Assembly (NCBI GenBank): GCA_048013815.1
Contig: CM106585.1
Location: 20,894,001 to 20,958,000, forward strand
Reading direction: 5' to 3'
From: Setoptus koraiensis
Taxonomy: Eukaryota > Animalia > Arthropoda
DNA: 64,000 nucleotides
Shown: piece after piece, positions 13,336 through 24,900 of the stretch
Layout: every line of letters starts with the position of its first letter
Position numbering within the stretch: the first letter of the stretch is position 1
Program-made: the position numbers and the translations under genes
Notes under the pieces: model-generated
Told to the model about the DNA's origin: nothing
Seen by the model: only the letters and a program-made list of their open reading frames with translations
Databases searched by the model: none

Positions 13336-13997
13336 TTTTCTATCTTTTTAGCGCTTAATTTAATTAAGGGCTTATGATGTAGTGTTGTGGGATCCTGAAG
13401 ATCACGCATGAATATCCACGCACGGTATGATGGTGGATCCTAAATTCGTGCATTTTACAGGATATTCACCAATTGTGCTATGGTGATTCACGCGCTGTGT
13501 GCTTGCGAATACTCCGACTTTGTATGCCAGTGAATATTCACGTACCGATTTATTTGTGGATATTCACAGTTTTCGATCTTTAGAGTCACGCGCTGTGTGC
13601 TTGCAAACATTGGCACTAGTAAAATCAGTGCTTAGTGAGTGTGTAGGCTGAAATGTGGGAGGTACACTCAAGCTTAAGACTCAAAAGTTCGTCCACCTCC
13701 CAAACACACATTTACTAGGGAGGTGGATTGAATTTTAATTAAGCTGCTATTGGGGTGGTGATTATGACTACGTTTATTCACGTGACTATGTAATCCTATG
13801 GAGGTTTGACTTAGTCAAATTTGTGAGAATCCTGCTAGAAATTACACATATATTCCTATCCAGGTTCGACTTGGTGTATTATCGCTTCACTCGAAAATAT
13901 TTCGTATGCAATCCTATGAAGATTTGACTAGGTCTAATCTGTGAGGAGTTCGATGGTGACAATTCGAACTCCGAAATTGACAATTCGAATTTCTGAT

Positions 13998-14799
13998 GGG
14001 TTGTTGTAGCGATTAGGTCCCAGCGCCGATCATGATGAAACTTCCGGTACAGGTTCATCTTGACCCGAAACCATCGGAAAAAGTGGTCCGGAAGTGCGGA
14101 AACTTCCGGTTCCGGTTTTACATAAAGTTGAAGCTAGAGCTCTAAAATTCACTAGAGAAAGATTTTAGGCTACGCTTATCACGATGAAATGATTTTCAGC
14201 TCCGTGCGACTTCCGGTTCGCCAGATATGGGGACATTACAAGGGTTGGAAAACCGGAAGTGACCAAATTATTGCTTCGCTGCGCTCGGGGATGGACATGC
14301 GGTGTGTCTGAGAACTCGGCCTGCGGCCTCGTATTCTGGAGGCCGTCACATCTCCGTCGTCGCTCCCGCGACGACTGCGTGCGACGGGAACCCTTCGGGT
14401 AGGGTTGATGAGCGCTTCGGGTATCGGGCTGCGCCCTCTACCCTCCGCTCACATGACTGCAACCCAAACACAGCTGCAAGAAGAGATGCTGCGAGCACGG
14501 GGCACAGAATGGGTCCGCTGACCGCATCCGCACAAACCCGGCCACACCCCAAGATTTGGTTAAACCTCTATATCTTATGAACCGGAAGTCGTAGCGGATT
14601 AATTTTGATCTCATCATGCTCCGCTAGGTGGCGAACATCTGATTCCGAAGTTTCGAAGCTCTATCTCAATATTTTTGTATCTCCGGAACCGGAAGTTTCC
14701 GCACTTCCGGACTACTTAATTCATGATATGGGGCCCCTGCGGGGCCCGTGTGTCAAGTTTCATGATGATCGGCGCTGGGACCTAATCGCAACAACACCC
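13998..14799 (+). mobile_element. Non-autonomous TIR element B2 (unclassified, 7-bp TSD)
   Basis: ~45-bp near-perfect TIRs (GGGTTGTTGTAGCGATTAGGTCCCAGCGCCGATC... / ...GATCGGCGCTGGGACCTAATCGCAACAACACCC) within ~120-bp imperfect arms; TSD TTCTGAT at 13991-13997 and 14800-14806; core at 14311-14465. Confidence 0.9.
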
Positions 14800-15325
14800 T
14801 TCTGATGATTGTCTCAGCTGCTCTGAACGAGTTCGATGGTCGGAGTTTGATGGTCAGTGTTCGATGGTCACAATTCGAACTTCGATATTCGAAATTGAAA
14901 ATTCGAATTCCTGAAAAGAGTTTCAGCCGCTCGTTCGATGTTCGATGGTCAGATCAAGTTCGTGGTCAATTCGAGTTCGATGGTAACATTTCGAACTTCG
15001 AAATTCGAAATTGAAAATTCGAATTTCTGATGATAGTTTCATCTGCTCTGTCGAAGTTCGATGGTCAGAGTTCGGTGGTCAGAGTTCGATGGTCACATTT
15101 CGAACTTCGAAATTCGAAATTGAAAAATTCGAATTTCCGATACGAGTTCCAGGTGCTTGTACAGAGTTCGATGGTCACATTTTGAAGTTCGATGGTCACA
15201 TTTCGAACTTCGAAATTCGAAATTGAAAAATTCGAATTTCTGATGACAGTTCCATCTGTACGTTCGATGTTCTGTGGTCAGTGTTCGATGGTCAATGTTC
15301 GATGGTCACATTTTGAAGTTCGGTG
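14800..15325 (+). repeat. TTCGAA-rich tandem array
   Basis: Same unit as 11240-11900. Confidence 0.9.
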
Positions 15326-15422
15326 GTTAACAGGCTGTCATAAACTCCTTTGAATCCTTCAACAATACTTGTCCACACGAAAAATTAAGCGCTCGAAATA
15401 CTGATTTGATCAGTATTACTTG

Positions 15423-15723
15423 TTGAAACTGTTCTCATCCGGATAAATTCCCGAAACTTTCTAGAGACAGCTAGCAATGTCTAATACACGATCTATGCAA
15501 GTTTAATCAATTTTCTGTTTCCAGTATCGGCGCTATAGGTCATTATTGAGAACGTGTGCCTATACAGTATGTGTGATTTTCGATACTTTTCTCACCAGGA
15601 TAAATTCTTGAAACTTTTTAGAGACAGCTAGCACTTTTCACTACTTAATAAACTGTCCAACTCTCTAAGATCGTTCACTGGAAAAATTAAGCGCTCTTAT
15701 ACTGGTATAATCAGTATAACTTG
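15423..15723 (+). mobile_element. HINE subfamily with variant 3' stem-loop (partial)
   Basis: subTIR 15683-15695 then TTATACTG-GTATAAT-CAGTATAA-CTTG|TT; homologous to 24370-24900. Confidence 0.7.
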
Positions 15724-15838
15724 TTTGTAGGCTTTACTGGATGATAGACTATTCAAAGACTGATCAACGAATCCATTCAAGAAGGATAAGAAAACTAGTG
15801 ATACTGATTGAATCAGTATCTCGAGCGCTTAATTTTTT

Positions 15839-16601
15839 AGCGCTTAATTTTAATTAAGCTGCTATTGGGGTGGTGATGATGACTAGGTTTATTCACGTGA
15901 CTATGTAATCCTATGGAGGTTTGACTTAGTCAAATTTGTGAGAATCCTGCTAGATATTACACATGTATTCCGATGTAGATTTGACTTGGTCGATTATCGC
16001 TTTACTCGAAAATATTTCGTATGCAATCCTATGGAGATTTGACTAGGTCGAATTTGTGAGGAGCTCGGTGGTGACAAATCGAACTTCAAAATTGAAAATT
16101 CGAATTTCTAATGGGAGTTTCAGCTGCTAGTTCGAAGTTAGTGGTTCAGTGTTCTTAGTTCTATGGTCAGAGTTCGATGGTCACAATTCGAAGTTCGGTG
16201 GTAACAATTCGAAATTCGAAATTGAAAATTCGAATTCCTGATGATAGTTTCATCTGCTCGTTCGATGTTCGATTGTCAGTGTTCGGTGGTCGGAGTTCGA
16301 TGGTCACATTTCGAACTTCGAAATTCGAAATTGAAAATTCAAATTTCTGATAAGGGTTTCATCTGCTTCGTTGAAGTTCGATGATCAGATTTCGATAGTG
16401 GTGGGCAATCAACATGTGCATCATGCTGCGATAGAAATTTGAATAACTTGTATTTATTTGGTTGCTCCTCGGCTGCTCTGATCTTACAAGCATAGTTGTT
16501 CATCTCCGACATGTTATTACATACTCCGGTCTTTGTTCCAAGGATACTCGTTTATCCAAAAAATTTAGCGCTCGAGATACTGATTGAATCAGTATCACTT
16601 G
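15839..16601 (+). mobile_element. Complete 763-bp HINE inserted in the T tract of an oppositely oriented HINE
   Basis: 5' AGCGCTTAATTTTAATTAAG, internal TTCGAA repeats, 3' subTIR + GATACTGA-TTGAA-TCAGTATC stem-loop + ACTTG. Joined flanks (AGCGCTTAATTTTTT | TTTTGATAGACGAGTATC) recreate the uninterrupted sequence seen at 25734-25765. Confidence 0.85.
16065..16390 (+). repeat. TTCGAA-rich tandem array
   Basis: Same unit, inside the complete HINE 15839-16601. Confidence 0.85.
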
Positions 16602-16772
16602 TTTTTTTTTGATAGACGAGTATCCTTGGAATATTGATGCGAGTATGTGACAACATGTCGGAGATAAACATCTATGCCTGTCAGATCAGGGTAGCCGGAA
16701 AGATGACAGAATAAATACAAAATCTCCTAATTTCTATCGCAGCATGATACACATGTTGATTGCTTGCGTACG

Positions 16773-17628
16773 GGGTTGTTCTAGCGATTAGGTCCCAGCG
16801 CCGATTATGATGAAACTTCCGGTACAGGTTCATCTTGACCCAAAACCATCAGGAAAAGTGGTCCGGAAGTGCGGAAACTTCCGGTTCCGGTTTTACCTTA
16901 AGTTGCTTCTAGAGAGTTGAAACTCATCAGAATGACGTTCCAGATGACGATCAACACAATGACATAAGTTTTAGCTCTTTACCACTTCCGGTTCTCTGGT
17001 TATAGCGATATCCCAAGAGTTGAGAGACCGGAAGTTGCCAAATTCATGCTTCGCTACACTCAGGGATGAGCCTGCAATTGTTCTTAGAACTCGGCCTTCG
17101 GCCTCGTATTCTGGAGGCCGTCACATCTCCGTCGTCGCTCCCGCGACGACTGCGTGCGACGGGAACCCTTCGGGTAGGGTTGATGAGCGCTTCGGGTATC
17201 GGGCTGCGCCCTCTACCCTCCGCTCACATGACTGCAATCCACCCACAAATGAAGGGGCGAATAAAAAATAAGGATGAGACAAGTAGGAACAACTGAATTA
17301 CATGCTAATACATGGTGTTGCGCAGTCTGTGCACAGTATGGGCCCGCTTGCCGCAACCGCACAGGCCCGGCCGCACCTCTAATTTCAGTTGAACCTTGAT
17401 ATCTAGCAAACCGGAAGTGATACCGGATTGATTTAGATTCCATCCTGCTCCGCTGAAGGTCATCTACCTGATTCTCAATGTTCAGAGCTCTAGCTTAAAC
17501 TTCATGTAAAACCGGAACCAGAAGTTTCCGCACTTCCGGACCACCTAATCCATGATGTGGGGCCCCTGCGGGGCCCGTGTGTCAAGTTTCGTGATGATCG
17601 GCGCTGGGACCTAATCGCAAGAACACCC
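16773..17628 (+). mobile_element. Non-autonomous TIR element B3 (unclassified, 7-bp TSD)
   Basis: TSD GCGTACG at 16766-16772 and 17629-17635; empty site TGCTTGCGTACGGAATT present at ~25901; core at 17086-17240. Confidence 0.9.
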
Positions 17629-17673
17629 GCGTACGGAATTCAGCAAGATTCCTCAATCCGTAACCTAGTTAGA

Positions 17674-18173
17674 NNNNNNNNNNNNNNNNNNNNNNNNNNN
17701 NNNNNNNNNNNNNNNNNNNNNNNNNNNNNNNNNNNNNNNNNNNNNNNNNNNNNNNNNNNNNNNNNNNNNNNNNNNNNNNNNNNNNNNNNNNNNNNNNNNN
17801 NNNNNNNNNNNNNNNNNNNNNNNNNNNNNNNNNNNNNNNNNNNNNNNNNNNNNNNNNNNNNNNNNNNNNNNNNNNNNNNNNNNNNNNNNNNNNNNNNNNN
17901 NNNNNNNNNNNNNNNNNNNNNNNNNNNNNNNNNNNNNNNNNNNNNNNNNNNNNNNNNNNNNNNNNNNNNNNNNNNNNNNNNNNNNNNNNNNNNNNNNNNN
18001 NNNNNNNNNNNNNNNNNNNNNNNNNNNNNNNNNNNNNNNNNNNNNNNNNNNNNNNNNNNNNNNNNNNNNNNNNNNNNNNNNNNNNNNNNNNNNNNNNNNN
18101 NNNNNNNNNNNNNNNNNNNNNNNNNNNNNNNNNNNNNNNNNNNNNNNNNNNNNNNNNNNNNNNNNNNNNNNNN
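17674..18173. other. Assembly gap (500 N)
   Basis: Run of N; repeats either side may be collapsed or mis-joined. Confidence 1.
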
Positions 18174-19043
18174 TTGTTGTAGCGATTAGGTCCCAGCGCC
18201 GATCATTATGAAACTTCCGGTACAGGTTCATCTTGACCCAAAACCATCGGAAAAAGTGGTCCGGAAGTGCGGAAACTTTCGGTTCCGGTTTTACCTAAAG
18301 TTGCTTGTAGAGAGTTGAAACTCACGAGAATGACGTTCTTGATGACGATTAACAGAATGACATAATTTTCAGCACTGCATCACTTCCGGTTCTCTAGTTA
18401 TAGCGATATCTCTAGAATTGAGAGGCAGGAAGTTGCCGAATTCAGGCTTCGCTACACCCGGGGATGAGCATACAATTGTTCTAAGAACTCGGCCTGCGGC
18501 CTCGTATTCTGGAGGCCGTCACATCTCCGTCGTCGCTCCCGCGACGACTGCGTGCGACGGGAACCCTTCGGGTAGGGTTGATGAGCGCTTCGGGTATCGG
18601 GCTGCGCCCTCTACCCTCCGCTCACATGACTGCAATCCAAACACAGCTGCAGGCGGGAAGAGTGAACGAACCACCCAACAAAGAATGAGAAAGAAGAGAT
18701 TAAATGACTGAAACAGACGTGAATACAGAGTGCAGCGAGCACGAGGCACAGAATGGGTCCGCTGACCGCAACCGCACAGGCCCGGCCACACCCCAAAATT
18801 TGGTTTAACCTCTGTATCTTATGAACCGGAAGTTAAAGCGGATTAATTTTGATCTCATCATGCTCCGCTAGGTAGCAACCATCTGATTCTGAAGTTTCGA
18901 AGCTCTATCTCAATATTTTTGAATCTCCGGAACCGGAAGTTTCCGCACTTCCGGACTACTCAATTCATAACATGGGGCCCTTGCGGGGCCTGTGTGCCAA
19001 GTTTCATGATGATCGGCGCTGGGACCTAATCGCAACAACACCC
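18174..19043 (+). mobile_element. TIR element B4 (left terminus abuts assembly gap)
   Basis: Same arms as B2/B3; core at 18484-18638. Confidence 0.85.
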
Positions 19044-19385
19044 CAACGAGACACCAATCCGCCTTTTGTCTCTATTTTTGGTGGAGGGTGTGTTTGGTTT
19101 TTTTCATTTTTGGTCATCGGCGTTCGACTTGATTTAGTTGTATTATATATCATTTTGAAGCTCTTTTATAGAGGTATTTCTATGAGCTGTCAAATCTCTG
19201 GGCGGACATTCCTGGGGCCCCACAAATTGGGGCCAGAGTTTTCTTCTGATTTTTATCAGGACTTGGATTCGAGTCTAGGGAAAAATTATACCCTCCATAG
19301 ATGCGTCTTTTAGAGATCCATCCAACAAAACCAAGAACGTGTCTCTATAACAAGAGACTGGGTCTCCAGAGGCCCCCAAAGCGAA

Positions 19386-20725
19386 CAAGTAATACTGATC
19401 AAATCAGTATTTCGAGCGCTTAATTTTTTGTGTGGACAAGTATTGTTGAAGGATTCAAAGGAGTTTATGACAACCTGTTAACCACCGAACTTCAAAATGT
19501 GACCATCGAACATTGACCATCGAACATCGAACGAGCAGATGGAAATTTCATCAGAAATTCGAATTTTCAATTTCGAATTTCTAAGTTCGAAATGTGACCA
19601 TCGAACATTGACCACCGAACTTCAAATTGTGACCATCGAACTATGACAAGCACCTGGAACTGTCATCAGAAATTCGAATTTTCAATTTCGAAGTTCGAAA
19701 TGTGACCATCGAACATTGACCACCGAACTCTGACCACCGAACTTCGACAGAGCCGATGAAACTATCATCAGAAATTCGAATTTTCAATTTTCGAATTTCG
19801 AATTGTGACCATCGAACACTGACCATCGAACACTGACCATCGAACTCTGACCATCGAACTTCGACAGAGCAGATGGAACTATCATCAGGAATTCGAATTT
19901 TCAATTTCGAATTTCGAATTGTGACCATCGAACACTGACCATCGAACTCTGACCATCGAACATCGAACGAGCAGATGAAACTCTCATCAGAAATTCGAAT
20001 TTTCAATTTTCGAATTTCGAATTGTGACCATCGAACACTGACCATCGAACACTGACCATCGAACTCTGACCATCGAACTCCGACAGAGCAGATGAAACTA
20101 TCATCAGAAATTCGAATTTTCAATTTTCGAATTTCGAATTGTGACCATCGAACACTGACCATCGAACACTGATCATCGAACATCGAACGAGCAGATGGAA
20201 ATGTCATCAGAAATTCGAATTTTCAATTTCGAATTTCGAAGTTCGAAATGTGACCATCGAACTCTGACCATCGAACTTCGAACTCTGACCATCGAACTTC
20301 GAACTCTGACCATCGAACATCGAACGAGCACCTGAAACTATCATCAGAAATTCGAATTGTCAATTTCGAAGTTCGAAATGTCACCACCGAACTCCTACCA
20401 TGGAACTAAGAAAACTGAACCACTAACTTTGGACGATCAGCTAAAACTCTTATTAGAAATTCGAATTTTCAATTTTGAAGTTCGATTTGTCACCACCGAA
20501 CTGCCCACAAATGTGACCTAGTCAAATCTCCATAGAATTGCATACGAAATATTTTCGAGTGAAGGGATAATAGACCAAGTCGAATCTACATCGGAATACA
20601 TGTGTAATGTCAAGCAGGATTCTCACAAATTTGACTAAGTCAAACCTCCATAGGATTACATAGTCACGTGAATAAACGTAGTCATAATCACCACCCCAAG
20701 AGCAGCTTAATTAAAATTAAGCGCT
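19386..20725 (-). mobile_element. Complete ~1.34-kb HINE with expanded TTCGAA array
   Basis: Reverse 3' end CAAGT-AATACTGA-TCAAA-TCAGTATT-TCG-AGCGCTTAATTTT (19386-19428); reverse 5' end CTTAATTAAAATTAAGCGCT ending 20725; A tracts on both flanks. Confidence 0.85.
19490..20490 (-). repeat. TTCGAA-rich tandem array (largest)
   Basis: Reverse-oriented units; gives the repetitive ORF 19641-20207. Confidence 0.9.
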
Positions 20726-20847
20726 AAAAACAGCAACGCCGCCTAGTGGCTAAACGTCGAACTGAAGGATGATGCAATTGGTATATTCGTGATTGGGAGG
20801 CTCTTCCGATCACGAAAATACTATATACATGTATGTCAGACCAGTTT

Positions 20848-21580
20848 GGGGTGTACTGGAGAATAGCGCCGCACTCCAAATTGGATGAAACTCGACACAC
20901 AGGGCCCGCAGGGCCCCCTGACAATTATTTTAGTAGTCCGGAAGTGCGGAAACTTCCGGTTCCGGTTTTACCTAAACTTGCAGATACAGCTTTGAAACTT
21001 AACATACAGCCTAATGTGACTGTGCTAAGCACGTAGAAGTCATTATGATATCTGTTGGACTTCCGGTTTCTGAGATAATGAGCGATAGTAATGGAATTCG
21101 ACAGTAGACAGTCTGTTGCACAACCTACTTTCGTGTATGGATTGCAGTCATGTGAGCGGAGGGTAGAGGGCGCAGCCCGATACCCGAAGCGCTCATCAAC
21201 CCTACCCGAAGGGTTCCCGTCGCACGCAGTCGTCGCGGGAGCGACGACGGAGATGTGACGGCCTCCAAATTACGAGGCCGCAGGCCGAGTTCTCAGAACA
21301 ATCGCAGGCTCATGTTCGAGTGCAGCGAAGCTCAAATTTGTAGGAAGGCTGTTGTTGGCCAAACTCTAAGCCTTTTTATTGAATATCTTCTTACCCAGAT
21401 CGGTCTGGAATAAGTTTGTCTACCAAAAAATAGTGAAGATACCCTAACAAATACCCCAGAAACCGCTAGCGGTCGTCGGGTATCAAGAAACGCCTACCGT
21501 GCGGTAACCCGGTTATCTCAGGAACTAGAAATTTCCGCACTTCCGGATTACCTATCTCAGTACCAGGGTACGATACCCTA
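20848..21580 (-). mobile_element. Diverged TIR element B5
   Basis: Degenerate arms with the CCGGAAGTGCGGAAACTTCCGG motif at ~20938; core at 21139-21293. Confidence 0.7.
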
Positions 21581-22020
21581 CCCAAAAACACCCAAAATAC
21601 CTCGAAACAAGTAATACTGATTATGTCAGTATCTCGAGCGCTCAATTTTTTGGATGGACAAATATGATAGGAATATAGAAGCGAGTATGTAACGACATGT
21701 CGGAGATAACCATCTTGATAGATACACCGATAGGCAATGGCAAGTTTTTCAAATTTCTACCATAGTTCGATGATCATGTCAACTGCCTGCATGCCGAAAT
21801 TGGTGCAGTTCTAGCGGTCAATATTGCCACAATGAACAAATTTGCGAGACACAACAAGCTGGCAATGGCGCACTATGTGTTATATCGCGCGACCTGTGTG
21901 CGGTGTGCTATGCGAATGAGTCGTTTGGTCTGTTCAAAGCAGCTATAGAGTGTGACAAAATAAATCAAAATGTCTCAGATTTTCAATATAGCTAGATACA
22001 CATGTTGACTGCTTGCGTAC

Positions 22021-23464
22021 AAAATTTGGTTAATTTATGATACCCAATTTCGTCACAATTAATAATTTTGCGAGACACAAAAAATCAGCAATGGCGTACT
22101 ATGTGTTATATCGCGCATCATGCATGCATGTAGCTATAAATAACATACATACAGCCATGATGAATATTCTGGATTGCTCAAAATAAGACGATCAACTCTT
22201 GAATATCTAAATATAACAGAGTCGAGGACATCAAATATAACGATCTGCTATTTTATTTTTGACAATAAACATACGGTTAAGGAATTCATATTTAGGTTGT
22301 TGTAGCGAATAGTGCCCCGCCCCGATTTTGATGAAACTTCCGGTACGGGTTCATCTTGACCCAAAACCATCGGGAAAAGTGGTCCGGAAGTGCGGAAACT
22401 TCCGGTTCCGGTTTTACAAAAAGTTGAATCTAGAGCTCTGAAATTCACTACAGAGACGTTTCAAGCTACGCTGAACACGATGACATAATTTTCAGCTCTG
22501 TGCGACTTCCGGTTTTCGAGATATAGAGATATTACTAGGGTTAGAAGACCGGAAGTGACCAAATTATTGCTTCGCTGCGCTCGGGGATGCACATGCGGTG
22601 TGTCTGAGAACTCGGCCTGCGGCCTCGTATTCTGGAGGCCGTCACATCTCCGTCGTCGCTCCCGCGACGACTGCGTGCGACGGGAACCCTTCGGGTAGGG
22701 TTGATGAGCGCTTCGGGTATCGGGCTTCGCCCTCTACCCTCCGCTCACATGACTGCAATCCATACACGAATGATAGAAAAAGAACGAAATGGGGACGCAT
22801 GGAAGGCTCTGAACATATATCCGGCACAGAAAAGGAGCTGCGCATCCTTAAGTGTTGAACAGAATGGGCCTGATAGCGCACGTATTTGTTCGTGCGCGCG
22901 GGTATTCCGTCCCGTCTACGCCCCTGCAGCGGTTTCATCCAGATATCTCGTCAACCGGAAGTGAGACAAATTTGAAATTGACGTTATCGTACTCTGCGTG
23001 CTCTGATTCACATGTATAGTGAGTTTCAAGCCTGTATCTCATTTTTTTTGTAAAACCGGAACCGGAAGTTTCCGCACTTCCGGACCACCGAGGTTATTGT
23101 TTTTGGGCCCTACGGGCCCCGTGTGTGAAGTTTCATCGAAATCTGACTGGGGCATATTCGCTACACACCCACTGTCATTTATTACTTAACAAAATTTGGT
23201 GAATTTGTGATACCCAATTTAGTCACAATTAATAATTTTGCGAGACACAAAAAATCATCAATGGCGCACTATGTGTTATATCGCGCACCATGCATGTATG
23301 TAGCTATAAATAACATACATACAGCCATGATGAATATTCTGGATTGCTCATGATAAGACGATCAACTCTTGAATATCTAAATATAACAGAGTCGAGGACA
23401 TCAAATATAACGATCTGCTATTTTATTTTTGACAATAAACATACGGTTAAGGAATTCATATTTA
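22021..23464 (+). repeat. 274-bp direct repeat (22021-22294 and 23191-23464) bracketing TIR element B6
   Basis: Near-identical copies from AAAATTTGGT to GGAATTCATATTTA. Confidence 0.9.
22295..23170 (+). mobile_element. TIR element B6
   Basis: Both arms present, no clear TSD; core at 22607-22761. Confidence 0.8.
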
Positions 23465-24100
23465 GAGGTAATATATTCAGACCATTCTCATCCTGTTTGA
23501 CAGCTGCATTACCTCAGACGATGTTCAGTACGATTGGTGATGATAAATTCAAATTGTGCGGAGCTGTCAGTAAACTAACAAATTGTTTTGTGATTTAAAT
23601 AATATGTAACAACTGGTATATCTTCTGATCGATCTTTCGCGCAACACTCATGTTGATAAACGTGTCATTTTCTAAGCGTTTCATTGTACTAAATCCGTCT
23701 AGTTTTTGCACTCCTAACTTCCCCAGTGCTAAATTCAATTTGTAAACAGCTAGTATGATCGCATGCTAATTTTTACTAGTTAGCGTCTCAGCCTCTACTG
23801 TATAATTTATTTCTAAAAACTCCGCCTCCTAGCCTTACGTGTGCTAGATTTTAAGAGTCAACATTTTAGCGTTTCATTGTGCTAAATCTGTCTAGTTTTT
23901 GCACTCCTAACTTCCCCAGTGCTAAATTCAATTTGTAAACAGCTAGTATTATCGCATGCTAATTTTTACTAGTTAGCGTCTCAGCCTTCACTGTATAATT
24001 GTTTCCTAATGACTCCGCCTCCTAGCTTTCTCTGCACTAACAAACTAGATAGATTCACAACAATGAAGCCTACAAAATGCTCACCAACGCCTCCGCTGTG
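23400..24100 (-). pseudogene. Decayed ORF with in-frame stops and a ~193-bp tandem duplication
   Basis: One frame reads EAEFLEINYTVEAETLTSKN*HAIILAVYKLNLALGKLGVQKLDGFSTMKRLENDTFINMSVARKIDQKIYQLLHII*ITKQFVSLL...; duplication units start at 23675 and 23868. Confidence 0.4.
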
Positions 24101-24369
24101 CTAATTTTTTCTAGAAGGAGAAAAGCACTGATTTGTTCTGTCACGTGAATAAACGTAGTCATAATCACCACCCCAATAGCTACTTAATTAAAATTAAGCG
24201 CTAAAAATTAGTCCGGAAGCCAGGAAACTTCCGGTTCCGGGTTGACATAAAGTTAGAGTATCTAAACATTACACATGTTAACTCTATGGAGATTTGAGTC
24301 TCTCAATTTCTGTGTTGAAGTATCTAAGCCATTTCCGGGCACGAAGGGTAATTAAGTACGTGGCATTTT

Positions 24370-24900
24370 TGAAACTGTTCTCACCAGGATAAATTCTTGA
24401 AACTTTCTAGAGAAAGCTAGCACCGTCTCACAGAGCACTTAATTTTAATTAGGTAAATCATGTAAATATCTTGATATCTGAACATGTTCCCACCTATCCG
24501 TTTTGACGATACTGCGTGTGTGTGTGGTGCATGTTGCTCGCAACAATCTGTGCTAGTATGATCAGCCATCAATAGGCCGTTTTCGAGACAGAAAGAAATT
24601 TCGGATGACGGATGTCATGTATAGTCATCGATTTCTAAACATGTTTCCACCTATCCGTTTCGATGATGCTCAGTCAACTTATAATCAATTTTCTTTCTCT
24701 AGTATTGGCGCTATAGGCCATTATTGAGAACATGTGCCTATACAGTATGTGTGATTTTCAATACTGTCCTCACTAGGATAAATTCTTGAAACTTTCTAGA
24801 GACAGCAAGCACATATCACTACTTAATGAACTGTCCAAACCTCTAGATCGTTCACTGGAAAAATTAAGCGCTCTTATACTGGTATAATCAGTATAACTTG
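24370..24900 (+). mobile_element. HINE subfamily with variant 3' stem-loop
   Basis: subTIR 24860-24872, TTATACTG-GTATAAT-CAGTATAA-CTTG|TTTTT; internal direct repeat shared with 15423-15723. Confidence 0.7.

Larger units (their letters stand above)
13350..15422 (+). mobile_element. Composite HINE with nested TIR element B2
   Basis: 5' end TTTT|AGCGCTTAATTTAATTAAG at 13350; second partial 5' motif at ~13732; 3' subTIR 15381-15393, stem-loop, ACTTG|TT. Confidence 0.7.
21608..24202 (-). mobile_element. Composite HINE containing TIR element B6, a 274-bp direct repeat and a decayed ORF fragment
   Basis: Reverse 3' end at 21608-21649; reverse 5' end ending 24202. Confidence 0.6.

Noticed and set aside
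14311-14465. C-UUCG-G RNA tetraloops on the opposite strand of the core
   Set aside because: Best pairing gives 3-nt loops (ACCC-TTC-GGGT). The G-T wobble, tandem GA pairs and GNA loops all favour the other strand.
14302-14580. Recurrent peptide LRTRPAASYSGGRHISVVAPATTACDGNPSGRVDERFG... from core copies
   Set aside because: GC-rich core is open in several frames on both strands, starts and stops differ between copies, and variation tracks hairpin loops rather than codon positions.
17557-18231. ORFs of ~200 aa across the gap
   Set aside because: Artefacts of translating N.
19641-20207. 188-aa repetitive ORF (and similar ones at 11392-11812 and 14805-15226)
   Set aside because: Translation of the non-coding tandem array; the frame is not preserved among arrays.
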